64,000 bases of DNA from an uncultured delta proteobacterium (GCA_963711565.1 CAVQEQ010000001.1:64001-128000), one strand, 5' to 3'. Shown: positions 43,510-55,228, numbered from the stretch's first letter. The notes: generated from the sequence alone by a model not told the origin. A program made the numbers and translations.

Positions 43510-44342
43510 CAGCGCCTCTCGCCGAGACTGTCTTTTACCGTTACGTCGGCATAACCGATTCCAAGGTGCATCTTGAAACCGACCAGGTCGCGCACCTGCT
43601 TGTCGAGCGTTCGCGCGATCTCGCCGGGCACGTCGATGTACTGGTTTTCTTCCTGCCGCAACCATCCGAGCGAATACGACAGGAACACGCCGTAGCGCCA
43701 ATCGTCGGTGCGATTCGCGCCGGCGCCATGCAGCGTGCCGCCCATCCAGAGCAGGACGGATCCCGCCGGCATCGCGGCCGCAACAACTTCATCGCGGCGC
43801 GCAGTGCGATCTGCGGGCCACAGATGGCTGCCGGGAACAATCAGAGTGCCGCCGTTGGCCTCGGTGAATTCGGTAACCGCCCACATGCTCGCAAGGATCA
43901 TCCGCGGGCGCGGTACTTTGAAAAACTGGTACGGGTCTTCCTCGCGATGGAGCACCTGCTCGCGCGCGCCGGGACCGATCTTGAGCGCCGCGGTCGCGTG
44001 CACCTGGTAATGCACGCAGTTGGGTTTCAGGATCGCGTCGCACGCCGACAACATGAGCGGATGCGTCACGAAGCTGCGGAATGTCTCCGACCTCGCGACC
44101 AGCGCCGTGATCCGCTTGGTCTTGCCCGGATAGAAATTCGCGCTCCCGCCATCAGCTTCGTATTTTTTGTTGATGCTGGCGTCGGGATCGACGATCTCCA
44201 GATGCGGCGCGAGTTCGCGCAGCAGAGCATCAACCACGCCGCGGTCAATCACACCGGTGACGACAACAGCGCCGTCCCGCTCGAGGCATTCGACTACCTT
44301 TGATGAAGAATCGTTGGCCGAGACTACAGGGATCGACGGCAT
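43509..44342 (-). CDS. Phytanoyl-CoA dioxygenase (PhyH) family
   Basis: QVLHRE, FTEANGGT..PGSH, TLHGAGAN, GWLRQEENQY. Confidence 0.9.
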   Translation of the reverse strand: MPSIPVVSANDSSSKVVECLERDGAVVVTGVIDRGVVDALLRELAPHLEIVDPDASINKKYEADGGSANFYPGKTKRITALVARSETFRSFVTHPLMLSACDAILKPNCVHYQVHATAALKIGPGAREQVLHREEDPYQFFKVPRPRMILASMWAVTEFTEANGGTLIVPGSHLWPADRTARRDEVVAAAMPAGSVLLWMGGTLHGAGANRTDDWRYGVFLSYSLGWLRQEENQYIDVPGEIARTLDKQVRDLVGFKMHLGIGYADVTVKDSLGERR

Positions 44343-44414
44343 CGACAAGTCCTCCGGTCTGAGTCGCAAGCGGCGGCCGGCCTCGGCCCCGCTCGATACA
44401 ATATTTCTTATCAG

Positions 44415-46261
44415 CTAGCTGGGATTCACAACACCGGTCGCGACCGCTGGCGACGGCGTTCCCGTCTGGAGAGCTTCGACTACCTGGCCCAGATGGGCGC
44501 GCACGACGTCGGCCGGCACTTCACCCGCAGCCAGCCGCCGCGCAGGTCCCAAGCGCATCAGGTGGAAAGCGAATATCGCGAGCGCGAGCCCGCCGGCTAC
44601 GACGATCAGGGAAATCATCGCGCCCGGATCCGTGCTGAGCGAACTGACTTTATGCAGCACGTAGATCACCGAAAGGATCGTGACTCCGATCGACGCCGCC
44701 GCAGCCGTCAGCACGTCGCGCACCGGCTGCGATGCGCCCTTCGCGAGGTAACGTTTCAGCTCGCCGCTCGAAAAATAGTCGAGGAACCAGCCGACATCCT
44801 CATCATGCCCCGGCGTCGGCGGCGGCACGATCGCGCCGGTCAACGGATCGACGGCCGCTTCAGCGCGTTCGTGCAGCTTGATGCCGTCGAGGATCTGGTT
44901 GAGGATCGTTTCGGTGATCGGGAACCGGCGCGCAATCAGGAACGAGAGCACCGAGCACGTCGCCGGCCCCAGCGCGAAGATTGCCCTGATCGCAAAGACG
45001 ACGCGCGGCGCCTGAATGGCGTTGGGGATGTAACCGAGCGAAGCGAGAATCGCGATCGGCACCGCCGCGCTCGGAATCGCGACGAACTTCGGCAGCATCG
45101 ACCAGAACGCCGTGTATTGGGCCTCGCGCCGCTTGCCGGTGTAGAGTTCGTCGTAGTCGATCACGTCGGCTTGCATCGACGGCGTCAGGAACAAGCCCGC
45201 GCCGAATCCGATTCCGGCCCAACAAATCAGCACCAGCAGATACCAGACGTCGCCGGGCCCGAGCAGGAACATCGCGGCGCCGCCGCTGATACCTAGAAAA
45301 AAACTGGCGAGCCACGCGTTCAGTTTTCCGACTCGCCGCGCAATCCAGACCCAAATCGGCATCGAGATAAATCCGAACCCGAAGTAGCCGAGCAGCAGCA
45401 TCGAGAGCCAGAAGGTCGGATTGGCCGGCCGAATCACGTAGGCGTTGAAGAACGGCATCATCGTTGCCGGAATTGCCCCGGCGATACTCCCCACGACGTA
45501 GCTGCCGAGCAGAATCCCGAACGGCCGATTGCGCAACGCCCTCCGGACGCCGGGCACCAGCGGATTGGATTCGCGCGCCACGAAATCCGGGCGCTCCTTT
45601 ATGTTCAGCACGAGCAAGGTGTAGAGCACGGTGAGAATGACGCTGAAGAAAATGCCGAGCCGGAAGTACGCCTGCCGCTCGGTGAGATGCCCAACTTGCA
45701 TCATAATGCCGGGGGCGGCCGCGGCGACGATCGTGCCCAGGATCGTGAACGACTCGCGCCACGCGAATAGCGTCGATCGCTCGTTGTAGTCCTGCGTCAG
45801 CTCGGGGCCGAGCGCGTAATGCGGCAAAACATAGACCGTGTGAAATATAAAGTAGAGGATGAAGGTTATGCCGAACCAAATCGCCGCGCGCCCGCCAGTG
45901 AACGACGCCGGCGGATTCAGCAGGCAGAAAAAAGCCACCCCGCAAAGCGGAGCGCCGATCAACATGTAAGGACGCCGACGGCCAAGCCGCGTGTGCGTGT
46001 GATCGGAAATCCACCCCATCAGCGGATCGCTCAAGGCGTCGAGCGAGCGCGCGACCGCGATTGCCATCGCCAGGTAGCCGAGCGGTACCAGCACTACGTC
46101 GGCATAGAACTTCGGCATGTTGATGAAGATCGGGATGATCATCGCGGCGCCGGCGAAACTGGGGCGCCGTAGAGAAGCTTGATCCTGAGGGTCAATGGCT
46201 CGTGAGCATGCGCAGCAGTGGGCGAGCCTCCGCCGGCAATTTTCGCATCCGCTGAATCCAT
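44415..46261 (-). CDS. MFS transporter, GPH/MelB family; one-base frameshift at ~46162
   Basis: DALSDPLMG..SD...GRRRPY; ADVIDYDE..TGKRRE; N-terminus MDSADAK...LLYGAP joins if GGGG (46161-46164) is G5. Confidence 0.88.
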
Positions 46262-46421
46262 CAAGACCTCCGGACTACCCGCGCTTCGAACCGCGAGTCC
46301 GAGTGTGATGTTAGATTACTTAGCCACGGAATGGGAATGACGAAATGCAGTGAATCCGTTGCAGGTGTGCTACACGTAACCTGCGCCTAGCGGCGGAATG
46401 CGAGCTAGTCCATTCGAGTGA

Positions 46422-46470
46422 TTGACGCACGCGGCTGGACTGTTGGTAGATTGGAACGCATTCTATTTCG
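46422..46470 (+). promoter_or_regulatory. P450 promoter and palindromic operator
   Basis: TTGACG-19-TAGATT with TG extension; TGGAACGCATTCTA; repeated at 51501-51549. Confidence 0.65.
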
Positions 46471-46494
46471 GCAATTCGCTCCGGAGGAACCGCC

Positions 46495-47730
46495 GTGGAC
46501 GCTCCCGACATCAATCTGCTCGACCCGCTCGTGTTTGAGGAAAAAGTTCCGCACGAGTGGTTCACCTGGCTGCGCCACGAAGCTCCCGTCTTCCGTCATC
46601 ACGAGCCCGGCGGTCCAGGATTCTGGGTGCTCACGCGCTACGACAACGTCGTCGAAGTCGGCCGCGACGGCGTCACCTACTCGTCGGAGCAGTCGCGCGG
46701 CGGCGTGGTCGCGCTCGAGGACGCCGATGCTGCCGCCGACCTGTCTGCGCAGGGCCGCATGATGCTCTCCATGGACGCGCCCGATCACACGCGTTACCGC
46801 TCGCTTGTAAATCGCGGATTCACCCCGCGCATGATCAACGCGCTCGGCACTCATATCCGCGAGATGGTGACGAAGATTCTCGACCCCGCACTCGAGCAGC
46901 GCGATTGCGACTTCGTGACTGACGTCGCCGCCGAGCTGCCGCTGCAAGTGATCGCGGAGATGCTGGGGGTGCCCTACGAAGATCGGCACAAGCTCTTCGA
47001 ATGGAGCAACCGGATGATCGGCAGCAAGGATCCCGAGTACGCGGTCAGTCAGGAGAAAGTTCAGGCGGCGGCGATCGAGATGTACATGTACTCGAACGAG
47101 CTGGCGAAGAAGCGCCGCGAGGATCCGCGCGACGACATCGTGACCGCGCTGCTCAAGGCCGACCTCGACGGCGACCAGCTATCCGAGATGGACTTCAATG
47201 TCTTCTTCCTGCTGCTCGCAGTCGCCGGCAACGAGACGACGCGCAATGCGATCTCGCACGGGATGCATGCGCTCCTCGACCATCCGGCGCAATTCGCGAC
47301 GCTCGCGGAAAATCCCGCGATGGTGCCGTCGGCAACGGAGGAAATCCTGCGCTGGGCGTCGCCGGTAATGTTCTTCCGCCGCAACGTAACGAAGGACACC
47401 GTAATACGCGGACAAAAAATCAAGGCGGGCGACAAGGTCAGCATCTGGTACATCTCGGCGAATCGCGACGAGGAAATTTTCCCCAACCCGTTCACCTTCG
47501 ACATCACGCGGACGCCGAATCAGCACGTCGCGTTCGGCGGCGGCGGCCCGCACTTCTGCCTCGGCGCCAGCCTGGCGCGAATGGAGATGAGCATCCTGTT
47601 CGAAGAATTGGTCAAGCGCGTCGCATCGGTCGAACGCATCGGCCCGGTCAAGCGCCTGCGCTCCAACTTCATCAACGGCCTCAAGCACCTGCCGGTGCGC
47701 ATCACCCCGCGCACGCGCAAAGCCGCGTGA
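46495..47730 (+). CDS. Cytochrome P450 (CYP124/125/142-like)
   Basis: AGNETT, EEILR, SANRDE, FGGGGPHFCLG. Confidence 0.93.
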   Translation: MDAPDINLLDPLVFEEKVPHEWFTWLRHEAPVFRHHEPGGPGFWVLTRYDNVVEVGRDGVTYSSEQSRGGVVALEDADAAADLSAQGRMMLSMDAPDHTRYRSLVNRGFTPRMINALGTHIREMVTKILDPALEQRDCDFVTDVAAELPLQVIAEMLGVPYEDRHKLFEWSNRMIGSKDPEYAVSQEKVQAAAIEMYMYSNELAKKRREDPRDDIVTALLKADLDGDQLSEMDFNVFFLLLAVAGNETTRNAISHGMHALLDHPAQFATLAENPAMVPSATEEILRWASPVMFFRRNVTKDTVIRGQKIKAGDKVSIWYISANRDEEIFPNPFTFDITRTPNQHVAFGGGGPHFCLGASLARMEMSILFEELVKRVASVERIGPVKRLRSNFINGLKHLPVRITPRTRKAA

Positions 47731-47785
47731 CGTTTCTTCCTCTCTCCCTGCAAAGAGACCTTGGCATAACAGCGCCGCGCTTCTT

Positions 47786-47848
47786 CCCCTCTCCAAGAAT
47801 GGGAGAGGATCGAAGGGCTTGCCCTGAGCCTGCCGAAGGGTGAGGGTC
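47786..47848. repeat. Composite REP-like element
   Basis: CCTCTCC-N-GGAGAGG...GGGTGAGGG with CTTGCCCTGAGCCTGC between direct CGAAGGG repeats. Confidence 0.6.
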
Positions 47849-47947
47849 CTTATTCAGCGCGCGACTCGTTTCGCGCGCGACCTGAGATTTTGCCTCTGAA
47901 CTAATCGCCTTTCGCTCAGACCCATAAGGAAAGAGTCCGGGGAGGTT

Positions 47948-49030
47948 CTAACTCCCGCCTGGTCCAATCTTGAAGGACCACTTGTACTCTTTCGAATCGG
48001 CCGTCATGGACACCGTGTAGGTGTGACCGGCTTCGAGCGGTTCTCGCGGAATAACGACAGCGGCCAACCTCAACCGAAGGAGATTACGCCCAGTCTGTTG
48101 CACCTGTGGGTTCTGGTTCGTATAGGAGAAAGCGTCGTAGCCGCACGATTCCAACTGCTGCGCACCTTCCATCAGCGAGTAGGATTCGAGCTTTATTGCG
48201 GCAGTGTCGTTCAGACCTTGACCGAGCGACAAGACTATCGGCAGTCCTGTCGGCGCTTTATAGCCGGCGCACGGCGACAGCGGATCATCGGATTCGCGGC
48301 CTCCATCATAGGAGCCCAGCGGAAAACTTCCGTCCGGAGGTGGAAACTGGATCGGCCACTTCAGATAAATGCGGACCCGGTCGCCTGATCCGTAATGGTA
48401 ATACTCGTATTGCGACGGGCTCGCTGCAGTCAGCTTGAACTCGCGCCAAAATTCGGGCGTCAACTGATTGGTGTTGTACACCACCACAGCGGCGCAGCTC
48501 CCGCTCGCGCAGTATTCTCCGTAGCCAATTGACACCAAAGTCGGTTCGAGCACCATAAGCGCGGTTCGCGGCGAGGTCATGAGGCGGTCAATCCACGGCC
48601 GGAGGTCCGACGGAACCGCAGCCGCCGTGAACACGTCGGAGCTTCCTGCTACCGACGCTCCCGCCACTGAGTACCACGGGTTGCCTACCTCCTCGTTATG
48701 GACCATCGGTGACGGCTCGCTCTTCACTTGATCTCCGTCGATTCTGAGATTACCAGGTCCGAGTTTGTTCTCGACAACGTATCGCGCATGCTTTGCCGCG
48801 TCTTGACTCAAAGTCGGTTCTTCGGTCAGCGGGTTCAGGTGCTCGAGTGCTCTGTAATGGTTCATCTTCGCGAGAGCGTCAGCGAACGGACTAGTCGCTG
48901 CGGAACCGCCAGCCTGTGGCGCCGCCGTGTTGCCAAGGGCGTCGGACTCGAGCAGCCGAACGAACGTCAAGACGGTCGCGATGAGTGTGGCCATCGCGAT
49001 GCAACGCCTCAATCTCCCGCCGGACAGCAT
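47948..49030 (-). CDS. Secreted CAP (SCP-like) domain protein
   Basis: Signal peptide; MNHYR...L.PL...AAKHARY, HNE, IGYG; C-terminal P.EPL..GHTYTV..WSF. Confidence 0.8.
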   Translation of the reverse strand: MLSGGRLRRCIAMATLIATVLTFVRLLESDALGNTAAPQAGGSAATSPFADALAKMNHYRALEHLNPLTEEPTLSQDAAKHARYVVENKLGPGNLRIDGDQVKSEPSPMVHNEEVGNPWYSVAGASVAGSSDVFTAAAVPSDLRPWIDRLMTSPRTALMVLEPTLVSIGYGEYCASGSCAAVVVYNTNQLTPEFWREFKLTAASPSQYEYYHYGSGDRVRIYLKWPIQFPPPDGSFPLGSYDGGRESDDPLSPCAGYKAPTGLPIVLSLGQGLNDTAAIKLESYSLMEGAQQLESCGYDAFSYTNQNPQVQQTGRNLLRLRLAAVVIPREPLEAGHTYTVSMTADSKEYKWSFKIGPGGS

Positions 49031-49134
49031 TGGCGCTCACGGTATCAAATTGTCATCACTAAAGATAAGTCCAGTAAGGAGGAACCGAGATTCTTCGCTT
49101 TGTTCAGGAATTAGAAGGAAGACGATTCAACCAG

Positions 49135-49257
49135 AGAATTGGTCAAGCGCGTCGCATCGGTCGAGCGGACCGGCCCGGTCAAGCGCCTGCGCTCCAATTT
49201 CATCAACGGCCTGAAGCACCTGCCGGTGCGCATCACGCCGCGCGCGCGAAAAGCCGC
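49135..49257 (+). repeat. Duplicate of the P450 3' end (47604-47726)
   Basis: Manual alignment: 115/123 identical, ungapped. Confidence 0.92.
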
Positions 49258-49261
49258 CGGA

Positions 49262-51309
49262 CTACTGAGGCGACGGCGCCGGAATCCACTTCGGCGCATC
49301 TACCAGGTAGTCATCGTGAGCGGGAACTTGCAGCGCGATCGGTATCGTCGTCGGCGCGTAGTTTGATGGCGCGTGAGCGACGAAACCGATCGCGTACGAG
49401 TGCCTCAGGTGCAGATCGTCCGCGATCTCTTCGCATGCCTTATTCAGCGCCGGGACATCATCGACTGGGACGATGTAGCTCTTGCTCCCGCTCGCGCTGG
49501 CAAGCCTCGACAACGTGACCGCATCGACGTGTTCCGCGTCATCCCCACCCATGACAAAGGGTCCGACAACTATCCCGCCCGGAGGCAGTTTCGGATTTCC
49601 GATTCCGATTGAGTACACGAGCACACCGCTACTCGCCACGGCCCGCAGGACATCGTCAGCGGAAGAAGAACTCGTGTTGTCCATGCCGTCGGTAATCACC
49701 AACAACACCTTTCTTTGGTTGTGTCCTCCCTGAGCCTCAGAGATACCTTGCAGAATCGAGTCAAAGAGTGCGGTCTGGCCGTATGCGTGAAGCATGTCCA
49801 GCTTTTGAATCAACGCGGCGTGATCGTTGGTCAGCGGTTGCAGTATGAACGGCTGAGTAGAGAACGCGAATAGGAACACCTCGTCCTGTGGATTGAGAGT
49901 CTTCACGAACCGCTCAATTGCGGCGCGCGCCTGTGGGAGCTTCGTCACCATACTGCCCGAGGTGTCAACCAGTATCCCGACAGTTGCCGGCGAGTTTTCA
50001 CCCGCGTGAAAGAAATCGATAGCTTGCGGAGTCCCACTGACGGCAAGCTTGAAGTCGCTCTTGCTCAATCCGTCAACCGGGCTGCCGTCGGGTTTCGCGA
50101 CCGTCGCCGCAATCTCGGTATAGCCGGCGAGGTTGCTAATATTTTCGGGCGCCTCGACAATTTTCGAGGTACCTACCTCCCATTTCGGTTCGGCGGGCCG
50201 GGCGACGGCCGCGGCCAGCACCTCCGACGGCACTAGTTCGGCTCGAACCATTGCCGCCGAATTATTCGGCAGGGAAACCACGGGCGCGGCGCCGCCCGGC
50301 GACGCTCCGACGCCGAGTGCATAACCTTCGCCGAGCTGCTTGTTGATTGTGGCGACAGCGGCCGCAAGCGAAGCTCCGTCGTCTGACTCCACCGGCTTCG
50401 CGGACAGTACCCATCCACCGCCTTCATCCGCCAACTTCTTTACCGCCCCGGCATCGAGCCGGACGCTGCCACGCAGTTTCGACACGATACCGTCATGCGC
50501 CTCGGGATCGCCGATTCCGACCACCCAGAAAGAGATGCCGCTATTACGAACCTGCGCCAGGATGGGAGCGGCTTGGTCGATAGCAGCCTGGTCGAGGCCG
50601 TCGGTCAGAAGAACCATCGCGCGATTCGGATAGTGCGCGCCGGATAGCGTTTCAAGTCCCACCCGGATGCCATCCGAGAGCCGCTTCTCGCCGGACGGCA
50701 TCACGGAGTAAATCTTTTCCAGCGCAAGCGAGTGACTCGTAGTGAATGGCTGCGCGAGAGTTACCTCCCCGAGCGGCGGTTGGTTCACGCTCTGGTAGGT
50801 ACCACCGATCAAAACAAGGGCGACCTCGTCGCATTCGTTAAGTTGGCTGGCGGCCTGGTTCAGGCCACTTCGCACCCTCGCAACTTCGTCGGGCGAGAAC
50901 ACGACGGTCTTCCGGTACATGCTTCCGGAAACGTCGCCGACGATGACCAGCGAAACCGGGGTCGTGAGGCTGGATTCCTGGCGAAAATAGACGATGGGTG
51001 CCGGCTGGCGCCGGACCGCACTGTGAAGTCGGTTTGCTTCAATCCGCTGATCAGTTCGCCTTCCGCATTGGTCACCGAAACCGCTAGCTGCGCATAGCCG
51101 GGCGTGGAGAGCGCGCGTGCGGGCGCCAGATCCGTAGGACGACAGAGGTCGAGCGGCGCGGACACCTGAGGCGCCGGAGATGACGAAGTCGTGGCCGTCG
51201 TTCCGGCGCTCGGAGTTCCGGGCGCAGGCTGACTCGCCGCTGTGCAACCCGCGAGTAGGCCCGCCGAGATCAGCGCTGCCAGCATCCGCAGAGAGTATCG
51301 ATGGCGCAC
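49262..51309 (-). CDS. Lipoprotein with two vWA domains; one-base frameshift at ~50997
   Basis: Lipobox LAGC in the 51309 frame; DVSGSM and DTSGSM, LTDG and ITDG. Confidence 0.82.
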
Positions 51310-51500
51310 TTCCTCAATCCTGCGATATTTCGTACCGCAGCCTTATGCTTTCGTCAAAGGCCGACGTTAACTGCCTGTGATGCGAGCACTCCGCTAACAA
51401 CCTCCTGACCGTCCTGAGGGAAGCCGAGAGGAGGTCACCCCTGCCGAAGTCAGTCTCAAACCCACCTCGTGTTTCAGACTAAATTAGTTCCCCGTCTCCA

Positions 51501-51549
51501 TTGACGCGCGTAACCGCACCGTTGGTAGATTAAAGTGCATTTTATTTCG
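51501..51549 (+). promoter_or_regulatory. CoA-transferase promoter and operator
   Basis: TTGACG-19-TAGATT; TAAAGTGCATTTTA TTTCG; matches 46422-46470. Confidence 0.65.
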
Positions 51550-51572
51550 ACTGTCCGAGTGACAATGAACGC

Positions 51573-53950
51573 ATGGCGTCGGATTCAGAACGTCCGCTGA
51601 AGGGAATTCGCGTGATCGACCACGCCGGCGAGTACGGCGAGCTATGCGGCCGGCTGCTTGCGGACCTCGGTGCTGAGGTCATCCAAGTCGAGCCGACGGG
51701 CGGAGCAGCCTCGCGTAATATTCCGCCTTTTCACGGCGACATGAGCTTGTATTTCGCGGTCCGCAATCTCGGCAAGAAAAGCGTCACGCTCGACCTGGAA
51801 TCCGCCGACGGCCGCCGGCGCCTCGACGGTCTGCTTGACGCCGCCGACGTATGGATCGAGTCGCACCGCGCAAGTGATCTCCATCGTCGCGAAATTCTCG
51901 CTCGTCACCCTTCGCTCATCATCACCTCGATCACCCCTTTCGGACTGACCGGCCCATATCGCGACTACGCCGCCACCGACGCGGTCCTCGTCGCGATGTC
52001 GGGATTGCTCTTCCGCTCCGGCGTGCCGGGCAAGCCTCCCCTGTTGTCGCCGGGCGCGCTCGCCTACGACATCGCGGGCACCACGGCGGCATTCGCCACG
52101 GTCGCGGCATTGTGGGATCGCACGAAGACGGGACGCGGCCAGCATCTCGATGTATCGGTGATGGAAGCGGCGGCGCAGACCTCCGATTGGGCGCTGCCGA
52201 ATTTCAGCGCGACGAAAGCGCGCGGCGGCTCTTACTTCGAGCTTCGGATGGGCTCGGCGCCGGTCTATACGATGTACCCGTGCGCCGACGGCTACGTGCG
52301 CCTGATCATTCTGAATCCGCGGCAATGGCGCGCGATGCGAGCGTGGCTCGGCGAGCCGCAAGTCCTCCAGGCCGACCACTTCGATTACCTGCTCGGGCGC
52401 ATGTCGATCCAGACCGACATTCTCGATCCGATGTTCGCGGATTTTTTCAAGGACAAGACCAAGCTCGAGCTCGCGTATGAGGCACAGCGCCGCGGCCTCG
52501 CAATGACGCCGGTGCTGACCCCCGACGAAGTGCTCGCCGCCGATCATTTCGCCGCTCGCAAAACTTTTCGCGACGCCGAAGTGGCGGACGGCGTGAACGC
52601 GCGCGTCGCCGACGGCTTCTTCATCCTCGACGGACGGCGGCTCGGCTTCACCGGCCGCGCTCCCGCTCCTGGCGAGCATGATCGCGACACCCTCGCGCCC
52701 ATCGCGAAGCCTTCGCCTCCCGTCAACTCTGCAACATCACGATATCCGTTCGCCGGCCTGCGCGTGCTCGACTTCGGCATCGGCGGCGTCGGCGTCGAAG
52801 CCGGGCGCCTGCTCGCCGAATATGGCGCCGACGTAATCAAAATCGAAACGCGCGCGCACCCCGACTTCATCCGCGCGATCTATGGCACCGAGATGAATCC
52901 GTCGTTCGCCTCTTCGAGCCGATGCAAACGCAGCTTCGGCATCAACCTGCGGACCGCCGATGGACTCGCGATCATCAAGCGGCTCATCGCCGTCTCCGAT
53001 TTGGTCATCGAGAACAGCGCCACCGGCACGATGGGAAAAATGGGCCTGGGATTCGATCAAATGCGCGCAATCAATCCGCGCATCATTCTCGCCTCGAGCC
53101 AGCTAATGGGCGCGTCCGGTCCGTGGAAAGATTGGATCGGATTCGGCCCCAACAGCCGCACGGCCGCCGGCATGACCTGGCTGTGGAACTTTCCCGAAGG
53201 CGGGATGCCGCCGGGTTCAGGCGCGATTCATCCCGACCATCTCGCGGGACGCATGTTAGCTCTGGGAGCAGTCGCGACGCTGTTCGCGCGCGGGCGCGGC
53301 GGCGATGGCGGCCATCTCGAAGTGGCGCAAGTCGAAACGATCATCGGCCTGCTGGCCGATCTGATGCTCAAGGCGGCGCTCGAGCCGGGTTCCGTCGGCC
53401 CGCAGGGAAATCTCAGCGCACGCGGTGCGCCGTGGGGTGTGTATCCGTGCGCCGGAAACGAGCGATGGTGTGTAATCACGATTCGCAACGATGACGATTG
53501 GAGTCGATTCCGCACTGCACTCGGCGATCCTGACTGGGCGCGCGCACGCGATTACAAAACCGCGCAAGCGCGAATCGAACGTCGTGCGGAAATCGACCGG
53601 CGCGTGACCGAGTGGACCTCCGCGCGCAGCGATCGCGAAGTGACTGACATTCTTCAGCCAGCCGGCGTGCCTACTGGCTTCATGATGTATGCGAGCGACA
53701 TGCAGGCTGATCCGCACTTGGTCGCGCGCGGCTACCCGCAGCAAGTCGATCAGCCCGGCGTCGGCGCGATGATGTTCGAGGGGCCGGCTTTCACGCGACG
53801 TCGATTCCTGAGCCTATCGTCGCGCCTGCGCCCGCGCTGGGCGAGCACACCCGCGAGATCTGCCGCACGATTCTGCGCATGGAAGACGCCGATGTGTCGA
53901 AGCTCGTCGCCGAAGGTGTGCTCGAAGAGTCCACAGGCACGCCCGCTTGA
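51573..53950 (+). CDS. Two-domain CaiB/BaiF family III CoA-transferase; one-base frameshift at ~53790
   Basis: LADLGAEVIQVE and LAEYGADVIKIE; the native tail APALGEHTREI...* lies in the shifted frame. Confidence 0.88.
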
Positions 53951-53971
53951 AAACGCCGGGCGCGGCGACCT

Positions 53972-55147
53972 TCATACTGCCTGCCCCGCGCACCATCCAC
54001 TCGACCACGCCCATTGAAAATTGTAGCCGCCGAGCCATCCCGTCACGTCCACCGCTTCGCCGATCGCAAACAGACCCCGCACCGCGCGCGCTTCCATCGT
54101 CTTCGATGACAGCGCCCTGGTATCGATTCCGCATACAGTCACCTCGGCTTTGGACCATCCTTCGGAGCCGCTTGGTTTGAGCTGCCATCGTTTCAATCGC
54201 CGCGCGAGTTCTAAAAGATCGCGGTCCGGAACATTTGCGATTGTGAGATTCGACGCTGCAGTCCGCGCGAGCGTATGCGCGAGACGAGTCGGAAGCACCT
54301 CTGCCAGTATGGTTTTGAGTTCAGCCTTGGGCCGGGTGCGCTTTCGGTCCGCGAGAAAGCCTTCGACATCCACTGAAGGTGTGAGGTTGAGCGACAGCGC
54401 ATCGCCTTCGCGCCAGTACGATGAAATCTGCAAAATCGCCGGACCCGACAGGCCGCGATGCGTGAATAGAATGTTCTCGCGAAAGCTGTCGCGGCCGCAT
54501 GAGACGATCGCGTCCACCGAAACGCCGCTGAGAGTGCGGCAAAGTTCGAGCATCTCGCCCGTCACCTTCAACGGCACCAGACCGGGCCGCGGCTCGATGA
54601 CCGCAAGATCGAATCGCCGCGCCGTATCGTACGCGAATCCCGTCGCACCCATCTTTGGAATTGAGAGGGCGCCGGTCGCGAGCACTAAAGCCGGTGCGGC
54701 GAAGCTGCCCTTGTTGGTCTCGATGCGAAAACGATCGGCGCGCGTGATATCGGTGACGCTGAGCCCGGTGCGCAAATCAACGTCCGCGGCCTTACACTCC
54801 GCCAGCAGCATCGCGAGGATCTCGCGCGCCGATCCGTCGCAGAAAAGCTGGCCGAGAGTCTTCTCGTGATAAAGGATTCGATGGCGCTCGACCAGCGCGA
54901 TGAAATCGTGCTGCGTGTAGCGGCTCAGTGCGGACTTGCAGAAATGCGGATTGGCGGAAAGAAAGCGCTCCGGCGCGATTTCGAGATTGGTGAAATTGCA
55001 GCGGCCACCGCCCGAGATAAGAATCTTGGCGCCGGGCTGATCGTTATGCTCGAGCAGCAGCACGCGCCGCCCGCGACTGCCGGCCGTCATCGCGCACATC
55101 AGCCCTGCCGCTCCTGCGCCCACGATTATAACGTCGAACGATTCCAT
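53972..55147 (-). CDS. HI0933/YhiN (BaiN) family flavoprotein
   Basis: GAGAAG, KILISGGGRCNFTN, LFTHRGLSGP, GWLGGYNFQWA. Confidence 0.93.
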   Translation of the reverse strand: MESFDVIIVGAGAAGLMCAMTAGSRGRRVLLLEHNDQPGAKILISGGGRCNFTNLEIAPERFLSANPHFCKSALSRYTQHDFIALVERHRILYHEKTLGQLFCDGSAREILAMLLAECKAADVDLRTGLSVTDITRADRFRIETNKGSFAAPALVLATGALSIPKMGATGFAYDTARRFDLAVIEPRPGLVPLKVTGEMLELCRTLSGVSVDAIVSCGRDSFRENILFTHRGLSGPAILQISSYWREGDALSLNLTPSVDVEGFLADRKRTRPKAELKTILAEVLPTRLAHTLARTAASNLTIANVPDRDLLELARRLKRWQLKPSGSEGWSKAEVTVCGIDTRALSSKTMEARAVRGLFAIGEAVDVTGWLGGYNFQWAWSSGWCAGQAV

Positions 55148-55228
55148 CGCCGCCGCATCATACTAAATCCTGACGATTTGCAGCTGCGGTGAAACGCGTG
55201 CTAGTTCGAGATTTTGGCGAAGGAGCGG

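Noticed and set aside
47604-49257. Diversity-generating retroelement TR/VR pair
   Set aside because: Mismatches are not adenine-specific and are mostly synonymous; no reverse transcriptase in the window.
46155-53795. Programmed frameshifting or phase variation
   Set aside because: No slippery heptamers or long tracts; assembly error is simpler.
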